Positions 51,765-64,000 of a DNA stretch of 64,000 nt are shown piece after piece (within the stretch, counting starts at the first letter, position 1; each line of letters starts with the position of its first letter). Under the pieces are notes generated by a model. The model had not been told where the DNA came from and ran no database searches. It worked only from the letters and a program-made list of their open reading frames with translations. Source of the DNA: Chiloscyllium plagiosum (lineage: Eukaryota). Location of the stretch: assembly GCF_004010195.1 (NCBI RefSeq), contig NC_057719.1, forward strand, positions 56,997,137 to 57,061,136. The letters are read 5' to 3'. A program made the position numbers and the translations under genes.

Positions 51765-54700
51765 GTGACGTTGGAGGAACCAGTGTAGGTGAGCTCACAG
51801 CATAGTTTTTAATGTGTAACCTAGCTGTAAGTCTACAGTTGTGAGTGGAGTGGGATTTTTTTCTTGATTATGTTTTATTGAGATCTGTCTGTCTGATGAA
51901 ATTTTAAAAGTATAAAACCATAAGTACTAAGTTAGCATAGAGCACTTTCTTTTAAGAGCAAAAAGGTGGTGTTATTTTCTGGGTCTATAGATTGTGAAGG
52001 AGCAAAGCTTGCCTTTAGTAGAGTGATATGCTCTTCCTGTTAGACGTGGGAGTTTAGGGAGAGTTTCCATGTTACTGATGATTATGTCTGCAGGAAGTGT
52101 CTTTGGTTGTGAATCCTATCAGTTTGCATGGATCCATTGGAGTGGTAGTTAGAGGCAGTAAGGAATTTACAGGAGCTGTGGGATAGGACGAATAGCAGTT
52201 AAAGGCAGGGAGAAAAGCTGCAGATACAGTCAGGAAAATGGGTTAACCCCAGGAAAGGTAGGAGGGGTGGGCAGGTAGTGTAGGAGTCTTCTGTGGCTAT
52301 CTCCATTTCAAACAAGTATGCTGTTTTGGAAAAGGTAGGGGATGATGGACAAGCAGCCAAGTTTCTGGTATCGAGACTGGCTCTAATGTAATGAGGGGTA
52401 CGTCAGGTTCCAAGCAATCAATTGTGATAGGCGACTCTCCAGTCAGAGGCACAGACATACATTTCCGCAGCAAGCAATGAAAAATCAGCGTTTTGTTTTG
52501 CCTCCCTGGTGCCAGGATCAAGGATATCTTAGGGTGCAAAATGTTGTCAAAGGGGAAAGGAACCAGCAGGAGGTCATTGTACACATTGGAACTAATGACA
52601 TAGGAAGGTAAAAGGATGAGATTCTGAAGGGAGAATATATAAAGTTAGGCAGACATTTAAAAAGGAGGCTCTCCAGGGTAATATCTGGATTATTTCCGCT
52701 GCTACGTGCTAGTGAGGGTAGGAATAGGAGGATTGGAGCAGATGAATGTTTGGCTGAAGAGCTGGTACAAGGGAGAAGGGTTCACATTTTTGGATCATTG
52801 GAATCTGTTCTGGGGTACAAGTGACCTGTACCCCAGAAGGAGGCATTGCATCTGAATTGGAAAGGGACTAATATTCTGGCAGGGAGATTTGCTGGTGCTG
52901 CTCAGGAGGATTTATTGAATCATAGTGTCATAGAGATGTACAGCATGGAAACAGACCCTTCGGTCCAACCTGTCCATGCCGACCAGATATCCCAACCCAA
53001 TCTAGTCCCACCTGCCAGCACCCAGCTCATATCCCTCCAAACCCTTAGTAAGGTGAGGGGGTGGGACCCAGGGAGATAGTGAGGAAAGAGAGCAATCTGA
53101 GCCTGGTACAGTTGGGGAAAAGGAGCATGTTAAACAGTCAGGAACAAAGCAAAGAACAAGGTAGGACTGATAAACTTCATTTATTTCAATGCAAGAGGCC
53201 TAACAGGGAAGGCAGATGAACTCAGGGCATGATTAGGAACATGGGACTGGGATATCATAACAAGTATGGGGATGGGCTCAGGGATGCACAGGACTGGGAG
53301 GAGGGTGTTGGTGGCGGCAGTGGTGGCAAAAGATAGGAGGGGGAGTGTTGTTTTTTAAAACTGATAGCATGACTGCTGTACTTGTGAGGGTATTCCTGGG
53401 AATATATCCAGGGAAGTAATTTGGGTGGAACTGAGAAACAAGAAAAGAGTAATCATCTTAGTGGGATTGTATTATAGACCCCCCCCCACCCCTGCCAGTA
53501 GTCAGCAGGGAATTGAGAAACAAACTTGTAAGGAGATCTCCGTTATCTGTAAGAATCAGAGGGTGGTTATGGTAGGGGATTTTAACTTTCCATCCATAGA
53601 CTGGGACTGCCATAGTGTTAAGGGTTTAGATGGAGAGGCATTTGTTAAGTGTGTACAAGAAAATTTTCTGATTCAGTATGTGGATGTACCTACTATAGAA
53701 GGTGCAAAACGACCTACACTTGGGAGATAAGGCAGGGCACGTGACTGAGGTGTCAGTGGGGGAGCACTTTGGGGACAGTGACCATAATTCTATTAGTTTT
53801 AAAATAATGATGGAAAAGGATAGAACGGATTTAAAAAGTTCTAAATTGGAGGAAGGCTAATTTTGACGGTATTAGGCAAGACCTTTCAAAAGCTGATTGG
53901 GGATGGATGCTCACAGGTAAAGGGACAGCTGGAAAAGGGGAAGCCTTCAGAAATGAAGTAACAAGAGTCCAGAGACAGTATATTCCTGTTCGGGTGAAAG
54001 GAAAGGCTGGTAGGTGTAGGGAATAGAGCCATATGGATATACAGCTTTTCGGTCTGGAGGCCTATGACCAGCGGTCTTCCATAGGGATTGGTTCTAGGTC
54101 CTTTTTTCTGTCATTATGTAAATGTAGATGACAATATAGAAGGCATGGTTAGTAAGTTTGCAGAGGACCCCAAAATTGGTGGCATAGACAGTGGAAAAAT
54201 GTTTTCTAAGATTACAAAAGGATCTTGATCAAATGGTTCAATGGGCTGAAAAATGGCAGATGGAGTTTAATCTGGATAAGTCTGAGGAATTGCATTTTGA
54301 TACAACAAACAGGGGCAAGACTTATACAATAAATTGAAAGGCCTTGGGTAGTGTTGTCGAACAGAGGGACCTAGGGGTTCAGGTACATAATTCATTGTAG
54401 TTTGTCTCACATATAGATAGGGTGGTTAAAAGACATTTAGCACGCTTACCTTCATGGCTTATTCCTTTGAGTATAGGAGTCAGGAAATCATGTTGAGATT
54501 GTATAGGACATTCGTAAGATCTCTTCTGAAATATTGTGTCCTGTTATGGGAAGGATAATGTTAAGCTAGAGGGGGTTCAGAAGAGATTTACCAGAATGTT
54601 GTCAGGGATCAGGATTTGAGTTATAAGGAAAGGCTAAGATTTTTTCACTGGAACATAGGAGGTTGAGAGGTGACCTTAGAGGTCATGAGGGGTATAGATA

Positions 54701-54990
54701 ATAATAGGTGCCTTTTGCCTAGGATGGGGTATTTCAAGACTGAGGGGCATATTTTAAAAGTGAGAGGAGAGAGATTTTTAAAAAGATATGAGGATGGTTC
54801 GCATATAGAATGAAGTTCCTCAGGAAGTGGTGGATGTGGGTGCAGTTATAACGTTTAAAGACACTTAAGTAAGTACATGAATGAGAAAGGTTGGAGGGAT
54901 ATGGGCCAGGAGCAGGCAGGTGGCACCAGTTTAGTGTGGAATTTTGCTCGGCATGGACCAAAGGGTCTGTTTATGTGCTGTACTACTGAG
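51765..54990 (+). mobile_element. CR1 with 5'UTR, ORF1 (CxxC..CxxC, esterase) and ORF2 with large deletion at ~54025; minus CR1 tail nested at 52920-53046
   Basis: ICSSC...VCRKC, IVIGDS, VIVHIGTND, VGDFNFP. Confidence 0.88.
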
Positions 54991-56161
54991 ATTTTCTTCC
55001 TTCAACTTACTTTGAGCTTCACTGAAGCACTGAAACAGACCTGAGACAGAATGTTGTCATTGAAACATGATGGTGTGCTGAAAAGACAGGCAACTGGAAG
55101 CTTAGGGTCATCTTTTACAGGTAGAGCAGAGATGTTCAGCAAAGCGGTCACCATGTCTCTGTTTTGTCTCCCCAATGTAAGGGAGACCATATTGTGAGCA
55201 GCGAATTCAGCAGACAAGATAGAATGAAGGGTAGGTAAATTACTGCTTCAACTTTAAGGTGTCTGTTTTTCTCACCAAGAAACTGCCAGATCTGCTGAGT
55301 TTTTGCAGCTCTTTCTCTTCATGTTAGTTTTACAGTATACGCAGTGCTGTTTTATGTTGTTGTTAGGCAGATACCCAAATACCCATGAGAGGCTCATCAT
55401 CTCTCAAGGGAACTTCAGAATGAGCAATAAACTCTAAGCTTGCCAGTGATATGCAGATCCAAAGAAGAAAACAAATTAAAAACTGATCCATTCAGTTCAA
55501 ATAAAAACATCTGTATAAGCTGTTCAAACATGTTTTGATTGATAGCAGTTTTTGAATTTACAAGTTACTTAAGCTCAACGTTTTACTCAGAGTATCTGTG
55601 TAAGTCTCATTTTTTCTTAAATCATGCCTCCTCAGAATTGTTCACACCATACACTTTACAGAAAAGAAAATAAACTCTTTTCCTTTCTTTTTTAAAAAAA
55701 AGTGTTTTAATTAAATTTGCTGCAAACTGTTTACTTTCTACTATTTGAGCTAGAGAATTTTAGCACATATTAGAAATGTAAACAAAATAGTGGGACACTC
55801 AGCTCGGGTAAGGTGTGAGGAGAAGTATTGATAGATGGCTGACCAGTGATCATCGACTCAAAGATACTTCAGATTGACAACTTTTAACCATGTACAGAGA
55901 CAAAAAAGTTTGACATGCTGATTATTTCCATCATTCCCTGTATTTCAGATTTCCAGCATTTACACTGTTTTGCTTCATTGTGTGTATTGTGTCACTGCTA
56001 CTTTTCACATGTTCTTGTTTTAACACGTTTGGCAGTTGAATAACGCTATGCTATACAAGGGCAAGGAAGGTTAAATAAAATTTGAATTATATTAGCTGGA
56101 AATAAGATGATTTTGCTATGAGGCTTGATATCTGAGTAACACTCTGAAATATCAGGAACGA

Positions 56162-56666
56162 GGGGTAGAATTTTCTCCTCCCTGGTTTGGTGTGGGAGAC
56201 GGTGCAAAAGGTCGGAGAATAAAGAGACAAAGAAAAAAATCAGAAATTCAATGTGAAGAAAACATTATCTTTCCTCTTGAGTCTTAAATGGTGATATCAG
56301 AATCCTGCCAATTAGTGACAATGACTTTATTTCTATGCACTTCCACTATTAAAGCCCCAACTTGCCCGATATAAACAGTACTTCCAATTGTCCCTTCCTT
56401 CCCTGAGAAACTGGATGGCACAAATTCCTGACATGTAAGTCAGAGCAGGTACCTGCCTGACTGTCAAATGCTTATCTTGCCTATCATTCAAAAACTTCAC
56501 AACATGTCCCTGCATGTTTGGTGGCCATCATCCTGTTCAACCCATGTAAGTTTGCAGAGGCAAATCACCAGCCTCACCATATCAACATGCTTGTTCTCTG
56601 GTCAACCTAGGCACCACTTCAGCCCTTCAACATTTTGCTTTCGAATTTAGGGACACCTGTGACGCG

Positions 56667-56704
<38 letters not shown>

Positions 56705-57560
56705 AGCATGCTTCTACATATGATACTTCGTATGTCTACTAGCACTTATTCATGCAGTCATTGTGGCTGACAGACTCTGTCTACTTCACATTGCTTTCCT
56801 AGCGCATTGTAGACTTCACCACTGACTTAAGCACTGTGAGCCTCTGTGTGGCACATGTTCTTCTTTGGTAGCCTGCAGCTGAGCATTGGTGTCTGGCTTT
56901 AACACGGAGGGAAAGGCAGGTAGTTTATTGTGGTGGGGAGCACTGAACACTCAGGGCGAACATGTCACTGTACCAAGCCAACATCTCCCCTGCAGCATGT
57001 GGCAGCAGTTTATATGCAAACCCAAGGTATGTGATTCACACAAGTCAGTGTGTGAAAGTCAGAAGTGCAGCAGTTCTTCGGGTGAAGGGGATATGTTCAG
57101 TCACAGGATATCACCACAGTCAGTCAAGGGGTTCATTCTATTTCAGACCAGGCAGTGTGCAGTGATCAATCAGGGTCTTGATTTTACAAGAATCCAGGGA
57201 CTTCTGTCTTTGCAATTCAACAAATGGGCCATAGTCAGTCCTGCAGGTGAAGTGCAAACAATCCAGACATTACAGATAGGTCAATCATGGTGCTGTAGAA
57301 ACATCAGTCAGGGTTGGTTGGGCCAACCTTTCCTGCAGTAAGACAGTGTGGGATTGAGTGGGGCAGATGTGAATGAAAGAACAGCTAATGTGATGCATGA
57401 GCAGGACAGGTGGTGGGTGTCGTCTGGGAGTAGGAGCCACAGACTGCAGGAAGGGTTGATGTTTTGGGAAAACCAGGTGAGAGAGAGCCATTAAGTGGAC
57501 ATGATGCATGTAATCCTCAGAGTTGTAGTCTTTGATTGGTGAGAGGCATTTGAGTCTAAA
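56162..57560 (-). mobile_element. Possible ancient PIF/Harbinger transposase remnant
   Basis: Faint collinear echoes on minus strand (HLVFPKHQPFLQ; PFV..KSL..LIDH; ESH..MLQGR); very degenerate. Confidence 0.3.
56662..56702. repeat. (CG)n(CA)n microsatellite
   Basis: Direct. Confidence 0.95.
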
Positions 57561-58319
57561 GTAACCAAGCAAAGGTAATGGTGTTTACCCATGCAGAGCA
57601 CAAAAGATCATTTACCATCTCTCTTTTTGTAATTATCCTTTTTTTAATCAACCTATTGGAGATATTATTACATGCCCCTGAAGCAGGTGGGACTTGAATC
57701 CAGCTCCTTCAGTTCATGAATGGGAACACAACTGCTGAGCCACAAGAGGGCTCCTAAAAGGGATTGAAGCCTCAACTTTCAGACTTGTAGACAAGCAGGC
57801 AATAGCACTGAGCTACGTCTCTGACTTAATTGACTATCTTACAGTATCTAGGAAATAGCACTGAACTGGCTGCAACTTAGGTCCAGGCTGGCTTTGTTGG
57901 GTATTGTGGCCTCCTGCTGTGGATCACAAGAAAAAGGACTGTCCTCTTCTTCACCATCCCATCCACCAAGACCCCCAGGTCCATGTTCACAAAGCAGGGA
58001 GAGTGAACTTTCCTTCAAACCATATCCTTTGTGTAATAATTAAACACCACAGTGTGAGGAGTCATTCTTGGCTTGTGGAATCTGAAGTGCAGCTGGGCAT
58101 TGTGAGATGCCAGCGACCTAAATGTTAGATGATCCTAGCAATGGTGAGTATTTCTACCTATCTTACTGTGTAATTTTCCACAAGAGGCCTACAAAAGTCT
58201 GTTTGTATAATTAATGAGTGGAAAAGTGGAAGATTATATGAGAAAAGTCACCTTGACATTCATTAATATAAGTAAAGATATAATTAAATGAAATAACTAG
58301 GTAGCTAAGGGTTTCAGGA

Positions 58320-59555
58320 CAGGTGATGTATCACAACTGCAGTAAGTGCAATTTCCTGGATGTCACTTTGTTCCACAGCAGACATGACTGCAGCAAGTGT
58401 TTCAAGATAGGAGTTCTGGCTCAGGTTGAACTAGAGGCTGAACTGCACGACGTCAGGGAGTGGAGGATTTATCTGAATCGCTGTACCTGGAAGCAGACAC
58501 ACCTCTTAGGATTGAGTGAGATCATAGAATCCCTACAGAGTAGAAACAGGCCATGTGGCCCAACAAGACCACACCAACCCTCCAAAAAGTGTCCCACCTA
58601 GACACGTTCCCTTACCCTATTAGTCTACATTTCCCATGATTTAATGGATCTAACCTACACATCCCTGAACGCTGTGGGCAATATAGCATGCCCAATTCAC
58701 CTAATTTGTACATCTTTGGATTGTGGGAGGAAATCGCAGACACAGGATAAATGTGCCAATTCCAAACAGTCGCCCGAGGCTTGGATTGAACCTGGGTTCC
58801 TGGCACTGAGGCAGCAGTGCCAACCAATGAGTCACTGCCACCCTTGTTTGATTTGGTCAGTATTCAGAGGCAAGATAGTATGATTTAGAGTGAGGTGGGT
58901 AAGGACAGACCTAGAGGACAGGAGTGAGGAAGCCTCATTCTTTGCAACTGTCTAGCATGTTTGAGATCTTAGCATGTTTGAGAATAAGGTGAATATGCTA
59001 ACTGATCATGGCATTATGGTGAAGGAAGCCATTCGAGTGGTGTTGGAGAGTAAGAAGGAATGTTGTGTAGTAGGGACAGGATAGTGAGGGGGGATTGACA
59101 TCATTCTCTGCAGCAAAATGTGAGAGATCAGTATTGCCCTCCCAATGCCAGAATTCAGGACATTCACCTCGGGCTGGTGAGGAACTTGCATGGTGAGAAT
59201 TCAGTCATTGTGGTCCATGTGGGTTCAATGACATTGGCAGAACAAAAAAAGGAGATGTTGCAAAATCTGTATGAGGAGCTGGGTGCCATATTAAGAAGGT
59301 GAACCTTAAAGGTCAGAATCTCTGTATTATTACCTGAGCCAGTAAAAATTGGCATAGAGTTAATCAGATTAGAAATGAATACATAGTTCACGCACCCCAG
59401 TGTGAGAGAAATGGTTTCTGGTTCATGGAGAACTGGCACAGATTTTGCAGAAAGTGGAATTTGTACCAAACAAACAGGCTCCATCTGAACAGTGCTGGCA
59501 TCAGTGTTTGTTGTCCATTGCATAACCAGGAAATTGAGAGGAATTTAAACTAAGT
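58320..59555 (+). mobile_element. Old CR1 ORF1 remnant interrupted by HE1 SINE
   Basis: CSKC..CSKC; VIVVHVGS esterase-like motif. Confidence 0.65.
58522..58843 (-). mobile_element. HE1-type SINE
   Basis: Same family. Confidence 0.85.
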
Positions 59556-60866
59556 AATGATACGTAGGTATATAATTTGGAAAATGTAGCAAATCAGTAG
59601 AGTTGAGGCCAAAGACAAAGTTATTATAATGGGAAATGATACACTGTAATAAGAAGACTTCCAGAATTGGCTGCAATCATTAGCCAAGCTGTCCCAGTAC
59701 AACTACAATACTAGCATCTACTAGGCAGTATGGAAGATTGCACAGTTTTATTTTGCTCATGAAAAACATGGCTAATGCGATCTGACCAATTGTTGCCCTG
59801 TCAACCTACTCCATCAGTGAAGTGGTGGAAGGTGTTGTTAACAGTGATGCTTGCTCTGTATTGATCTGCTCGTTGATGCTCAACTGGGTGCTGCCAGGGC
59901 CAATCAGCTTCTGTCCTCAAAACTTTAGTTGAAACATGGACCAAAGAATTGAACTCCAGAGATAGGATTTGAATGATGCCCTTATCATCAAGGACACATT
60001 TGATTTGAGTGTGGCATCAAGTAATCCTAGCAGAATGGAAATCAGTGAGAATCAGGAAGAAACTCTGGTTGGAGTCATACCTAGCATAAAGAGAAAGGTT
60101 GTGGTTGTTGGAAGTAAATCATTTCAGTTCTAGACATCTCAGTATGGGTTCCTCAGGTTAGTATCATAGGACCAACCATCTTCAGCTGTTTAATTAGTGA
60201 TCTTTCCTCCATCATAAGACCAAAGTGCAGATGTACCCTGTGCAATGTTTAGTACCATTTGTTTTGCTGCGACCAGTTCTTAACAACTGAATCCAAGTTG
60301 ATTGAAAGCAGATCTGGACATTTCTCACAAGTCTACTGCAGTCAGCAATCTAACTTAATTGACAGGAAATTTGGTGGACCTGAGGAGTCATCATATTTTA
60401 ATGTATTGTTTCTGGACCTCGATCCAGATGGGTTGGGTTTATTAATTTTTTTTCACTAAAAAGCATAAGGGTTTTCAGAACTTTATTGAAATTCTGTCAT
60501 GATGATCAGTTTAGACTTGAAGCTATCTGATTTGGCCCACCATGTATAGTGTGCCTTAAACAGGTTACGTTTAAAGTTTTTTTTTGCTGTCTTGGAATGA
60601 TTTTGATATAGTACTTGTATCATTGTTTCTCATGATGCATGTCACCATTTAAGTAATTAATTTAACTACTCTTTCATTCCAGTCAAATGCTCCAATTAGA
60701 TTTTTTTATTTTGTATACCTTAATTATTTTCACAACCCCATTCCAAATTATGGAATAAAATAGATAAACTAATGAGTTTTTCTCTGTGTGCGTGAGTGAA
60801 TGAGATATAGAACTCCTAAAATCTTTCAGCAAGTTAAATTTAATACACTGAATTTTGTTTCATCAG

Positions 60867-60906
60867 GCAATGGCTACGCTTGGACCACATAGAGTTAAAG
60901 CAGATG
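60867..60906 (+). CDS. BRMS1L: BRMS1L exon 8 (40 nt)
   Basis: AMATLGPHRVKAD; CAG/GTGAGT. Confidence 0.93.
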
Positions 60907-60994
60907 GTGAGTTGAAGTATAAAATTTTAATAATATTCTAACATTTTATTACTGCCATTAAACTGTATTTACATTTTTTTCATTTAAACTTTAG

Positions 60995-61118
60995 CATCCA
61001 AAACAGAAAAACAACTTCACAGCGCCAGATCAGAAGATGGCAGGTTATTTTACGATGGGGAGTGGTACAGCCGTGGGCAGACTATATGTATTGACAAGAA
61101 AGATGACTTTCCTATAAG
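60995..61118 (+). CDS. BRMS1L: BRMS1L exon 9 (124 nt), GC donor
   Basis: (A)[40 protein letters not shown](S); the phase-compatible donor at the expected position is AG|GCAATT. Confidence 0.88.
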
Positions 61119-63862
61119 GCAATTATGTTTTTTTTTCCTTAAATTATTGAACTATTTGCAATTGCAGCAAACTTTGTTTTAACCGGCACATTATGAACTT
61201 GCACTCTTGATAAACTAGCAAAATGTATATACTCCGAACCGGATGTTTAGTGTATTATCGCTATCTCCGCGATGTCCAAGTAGTCAGTTGAAGGTGCGAT
61301 TGAGAAGGCTCTCTGCCATTAAATTTTATTTAAGGCAAAGTTAATTTTTTTGTTGAAGGATTTAAGCTTTAAATGAAGTGAAACAGCAAAGTGCATACCC
61401 CCTGCATTACTTTTCTTTTATTTAGTGTGTATTTTGACATTAATTATGTGGACTACTTGATCAACCAGAATATTTTATCAACTGGCACACTCCTGGTTCC
61501 ATAGGTGCTGGTTAATAAAACGTTTCTTGTACTCAATTTGTTGACTAACTGTAATTTGGAGATATTGACTTAATCCATACATGAAGAAGTTGTTTCCTTA
61601 AAAATATGTTCAGCCTCATTGCTTATTTTCACCTAACAAAGGTTTGATCCTACAGTAAATGTTACAAGTTTGGCCGAGTTAGTTTCTTCTAATATAATAA
61701 TAAAGATACCAAGGATTGATTTGTGCTGCGGCGTAATAGTTTATTTTCCATATTAAATTCCCAATCTTAGATGTAGTTTTATGGAGGAGGGCCCACAATC
61801 TTCATAATTGGCAGTCTGAAATAAAAACAGAAAATATCAGGAATGCCCAGCAGGTCAATGAAAAGAAAATTAACATGCCCAATTCTGATGGAAGGCCATC
61901 AACCTGAAAAGGTAGAGGTGTAATCGTGTTTTAAACTGGCGAGGGGAGGGGTGGGGGGGGCATAGATGTTGAGTGTGAGACTAACAACAAAAAAATCTGT
62001 CATGCGCAGAGCGGGAGAAATTAAATTAGAGAAGTGTTCAAGGGACATAGGCAAAAGGAGTGGTGATGGGACCAGTAAGGAAACAAAAACATTGTTTGGA
62101 GGAGGTGTGAAAAGTCAGTCATGAATAACTGCTATCCAGAAGTCATTGGCATTCGAACATAGCAACATAAGGGCAAGAATATGCAATAGAAATGCCTGTA
62201 GGCATATTTGGCTGACATTATACTAATAGCACTATAGTTATCCCACATTTAAGACTTCTATTAGGTTTCTTTAAAAAAAACTCTAAGAAACAGTTGAACT
62301 GAGATCACTTTCTCATTACAAACAATGTAGCAATGGTGGGTTAAACTCCTGACCAATATCTTGTACAATTAAAAACATATTGGCTGCTTTGAACCTAGTT
62401 ACTCTTTGGAGAGTCTCTGTCGACTTGTTGGACCAAATGGCCTGTTTCCTCACTGTAGGGATTCTATGATTCTTTAAAATGTTAAAAATGGACTAAGCAT
62501 CCTTAGTAACCATGTGCTATAGTTCTTGGCACATGTGTGTTAAACTGAGGACAATCTACCTATTTGGTTCCTAATTTACAAGCTACATTAAAATGAAGTG
62601 CACTAAGATGTGGAGATGCTGGCGTTGGACAAGGGTGGACAAAGTTAAAAATCTCACAATATCAGGTTATAGTTCAACAACTTTACTTGAAAGTACAAGC
62701 TTATACCCTATACCCGAAACATTGACTTCTCCACCTGTTGCTGCCTGTTTGCTGTGCTCTTCCAGCCTCCTGCATGTCTACATTCCATGATAGGACAACA
62801 CTTACTTAACAATTGAGTGTGCTAAAGCTAATCTGAAAATTATTATTAAGTGTATCAATCAGTCTTGCAATGTTGGTTTTAATTTGCTAAAAGCTATATG
62901 TATTCATATGCAAGGCCATGTCCTTCGCAAACAGAAAGAACATGCCCCATGTTTCACTTTTTCAATTAAACAAAGGCTTGGTGAATATCTGTTCCTTGGT
63001 GCATGAATGATTTGACCAATCAAATCAGGACCTTTTTTTTAATATAAATTGTTGTTCCTTTTGAAATTGTGTTTTTGTTTTCCTTGATGAGTGCAAGACT
63101 CCAAGCTTGAACAACATTTCTGTTTTTCAGCTGTATTCTAGTGTAAGTAATGTCCTTTGTAGTACAGCTATATGTATATGTAACTTGGAAGACATGTATG
63201 CTGCTTCTTATTCCTCGCAATCATCCCACTTCATACACTATTTCTCACCATTCGAAAGGAGAGTCCAAAATCAGTTACTCATCTTAATGTAGTGCTGCTT
63301 GGCATTTGACCCCTGGGCTAGACATGCTGTAGGTGACTGTTACCCACACACCTTTCAATTCAGAACAATTGGTAACTTTTCTTTGTCAGTGATTATGTCT
63401 GGTATATGAGGACAACACGCTTGTAACAGACAAATTTGGAAAACAAAATTGGTTAAGTGCTGCTCTATTCAACCAAGAACAATAAGTTTAGCTTGTCAAT
63501 AATAGTTTGTAACATTATTTTCTACCTACGTCCATTTCTGCCTTTCTCACACACTATATGCAGGTGATTTACAAAATATCTTCATTTAATTTTTTTCTCT
63601 GTTTAACGTTTTTCAGGTTTTGTTGCAATTTGCATCAGATACCAATGACTCACTGGATTACCTATACTTTAAGATGAAGGATTGCAGCTGAGGCTGTAAA
63701 ATTATGGTGTGAAATTTAATAGTTTGAAACTGCTCATTCTTTATTTTGGATATTTGTGCACTCTGGCATTATCACTAAACAGAACATTAGAATGTTCTGA
63801 AAGTGTCCTAAGAAAATATTCTCAATCAAAGGAATAATTTAACTTTTTGGATTTATTTTTAG

Positions 63863-63980
63863 TGCCACAATAACAACCATCAACAACGATGAAGTATGGT
63901 TTAAGAGGACAGACAACAGCAAATCAAAACTTTACATTTCTCAATTGCAGAAAGGAAAATATACCATCAAACATATGTAG
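63863..63980 (+). CDS. BRMS1L: BRMS1L last coding exon with TAG stop
   Basis: (S)[38 protein letters not shown]. Confidence 0.95.
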
Positions 63981-64000
63981 CTTCATAGTGCTAATGTGAA

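Overview
Eukaryotic, repeat-rich genomic DNA from a cartilaginous fish. The shark assignment is inferred from HE1-type SINEs, shark-type CR1 LINEs and an MHC class I-like fragment. Two genes lie head-to-head around a CpG-rich promoter (~33.0-33.7 kb). RALGAPA1 is on the minus strand (coding exons 1-3; the rest is off-window). BRMS1L is on the plus strand (exons 2-10 including the stop; exon 1 probably lies in the 500-N gap). BRMS1L has a U12 AT-AC intron and a probable GC-AG intron. Introns are full of CR1 LINEs, tRNA-derived SINEs and Penelope-like element (PLE) pieces. Two signals stand out. (1) An orphan, stop-free MHC class I alpha3 (Ig C1-set) segment sits in BRMS1L intron 2, bounded by an AG and a GTGAGT that would make a 339-nt phase 2/2 cassette exon in frame with BRMS1L. 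(2) Two families of PLE terminal repeats carry minimal hammerhead-ribozyme motifs, one with visible stem covariation. They include a 142-nt solo mobile unit and a 504-nt ribozyme-to-ribozyme unit that is stop-free in one frame. Gene and family names come from recalled protein sequences, not database searches. TE boundaries are approximate.
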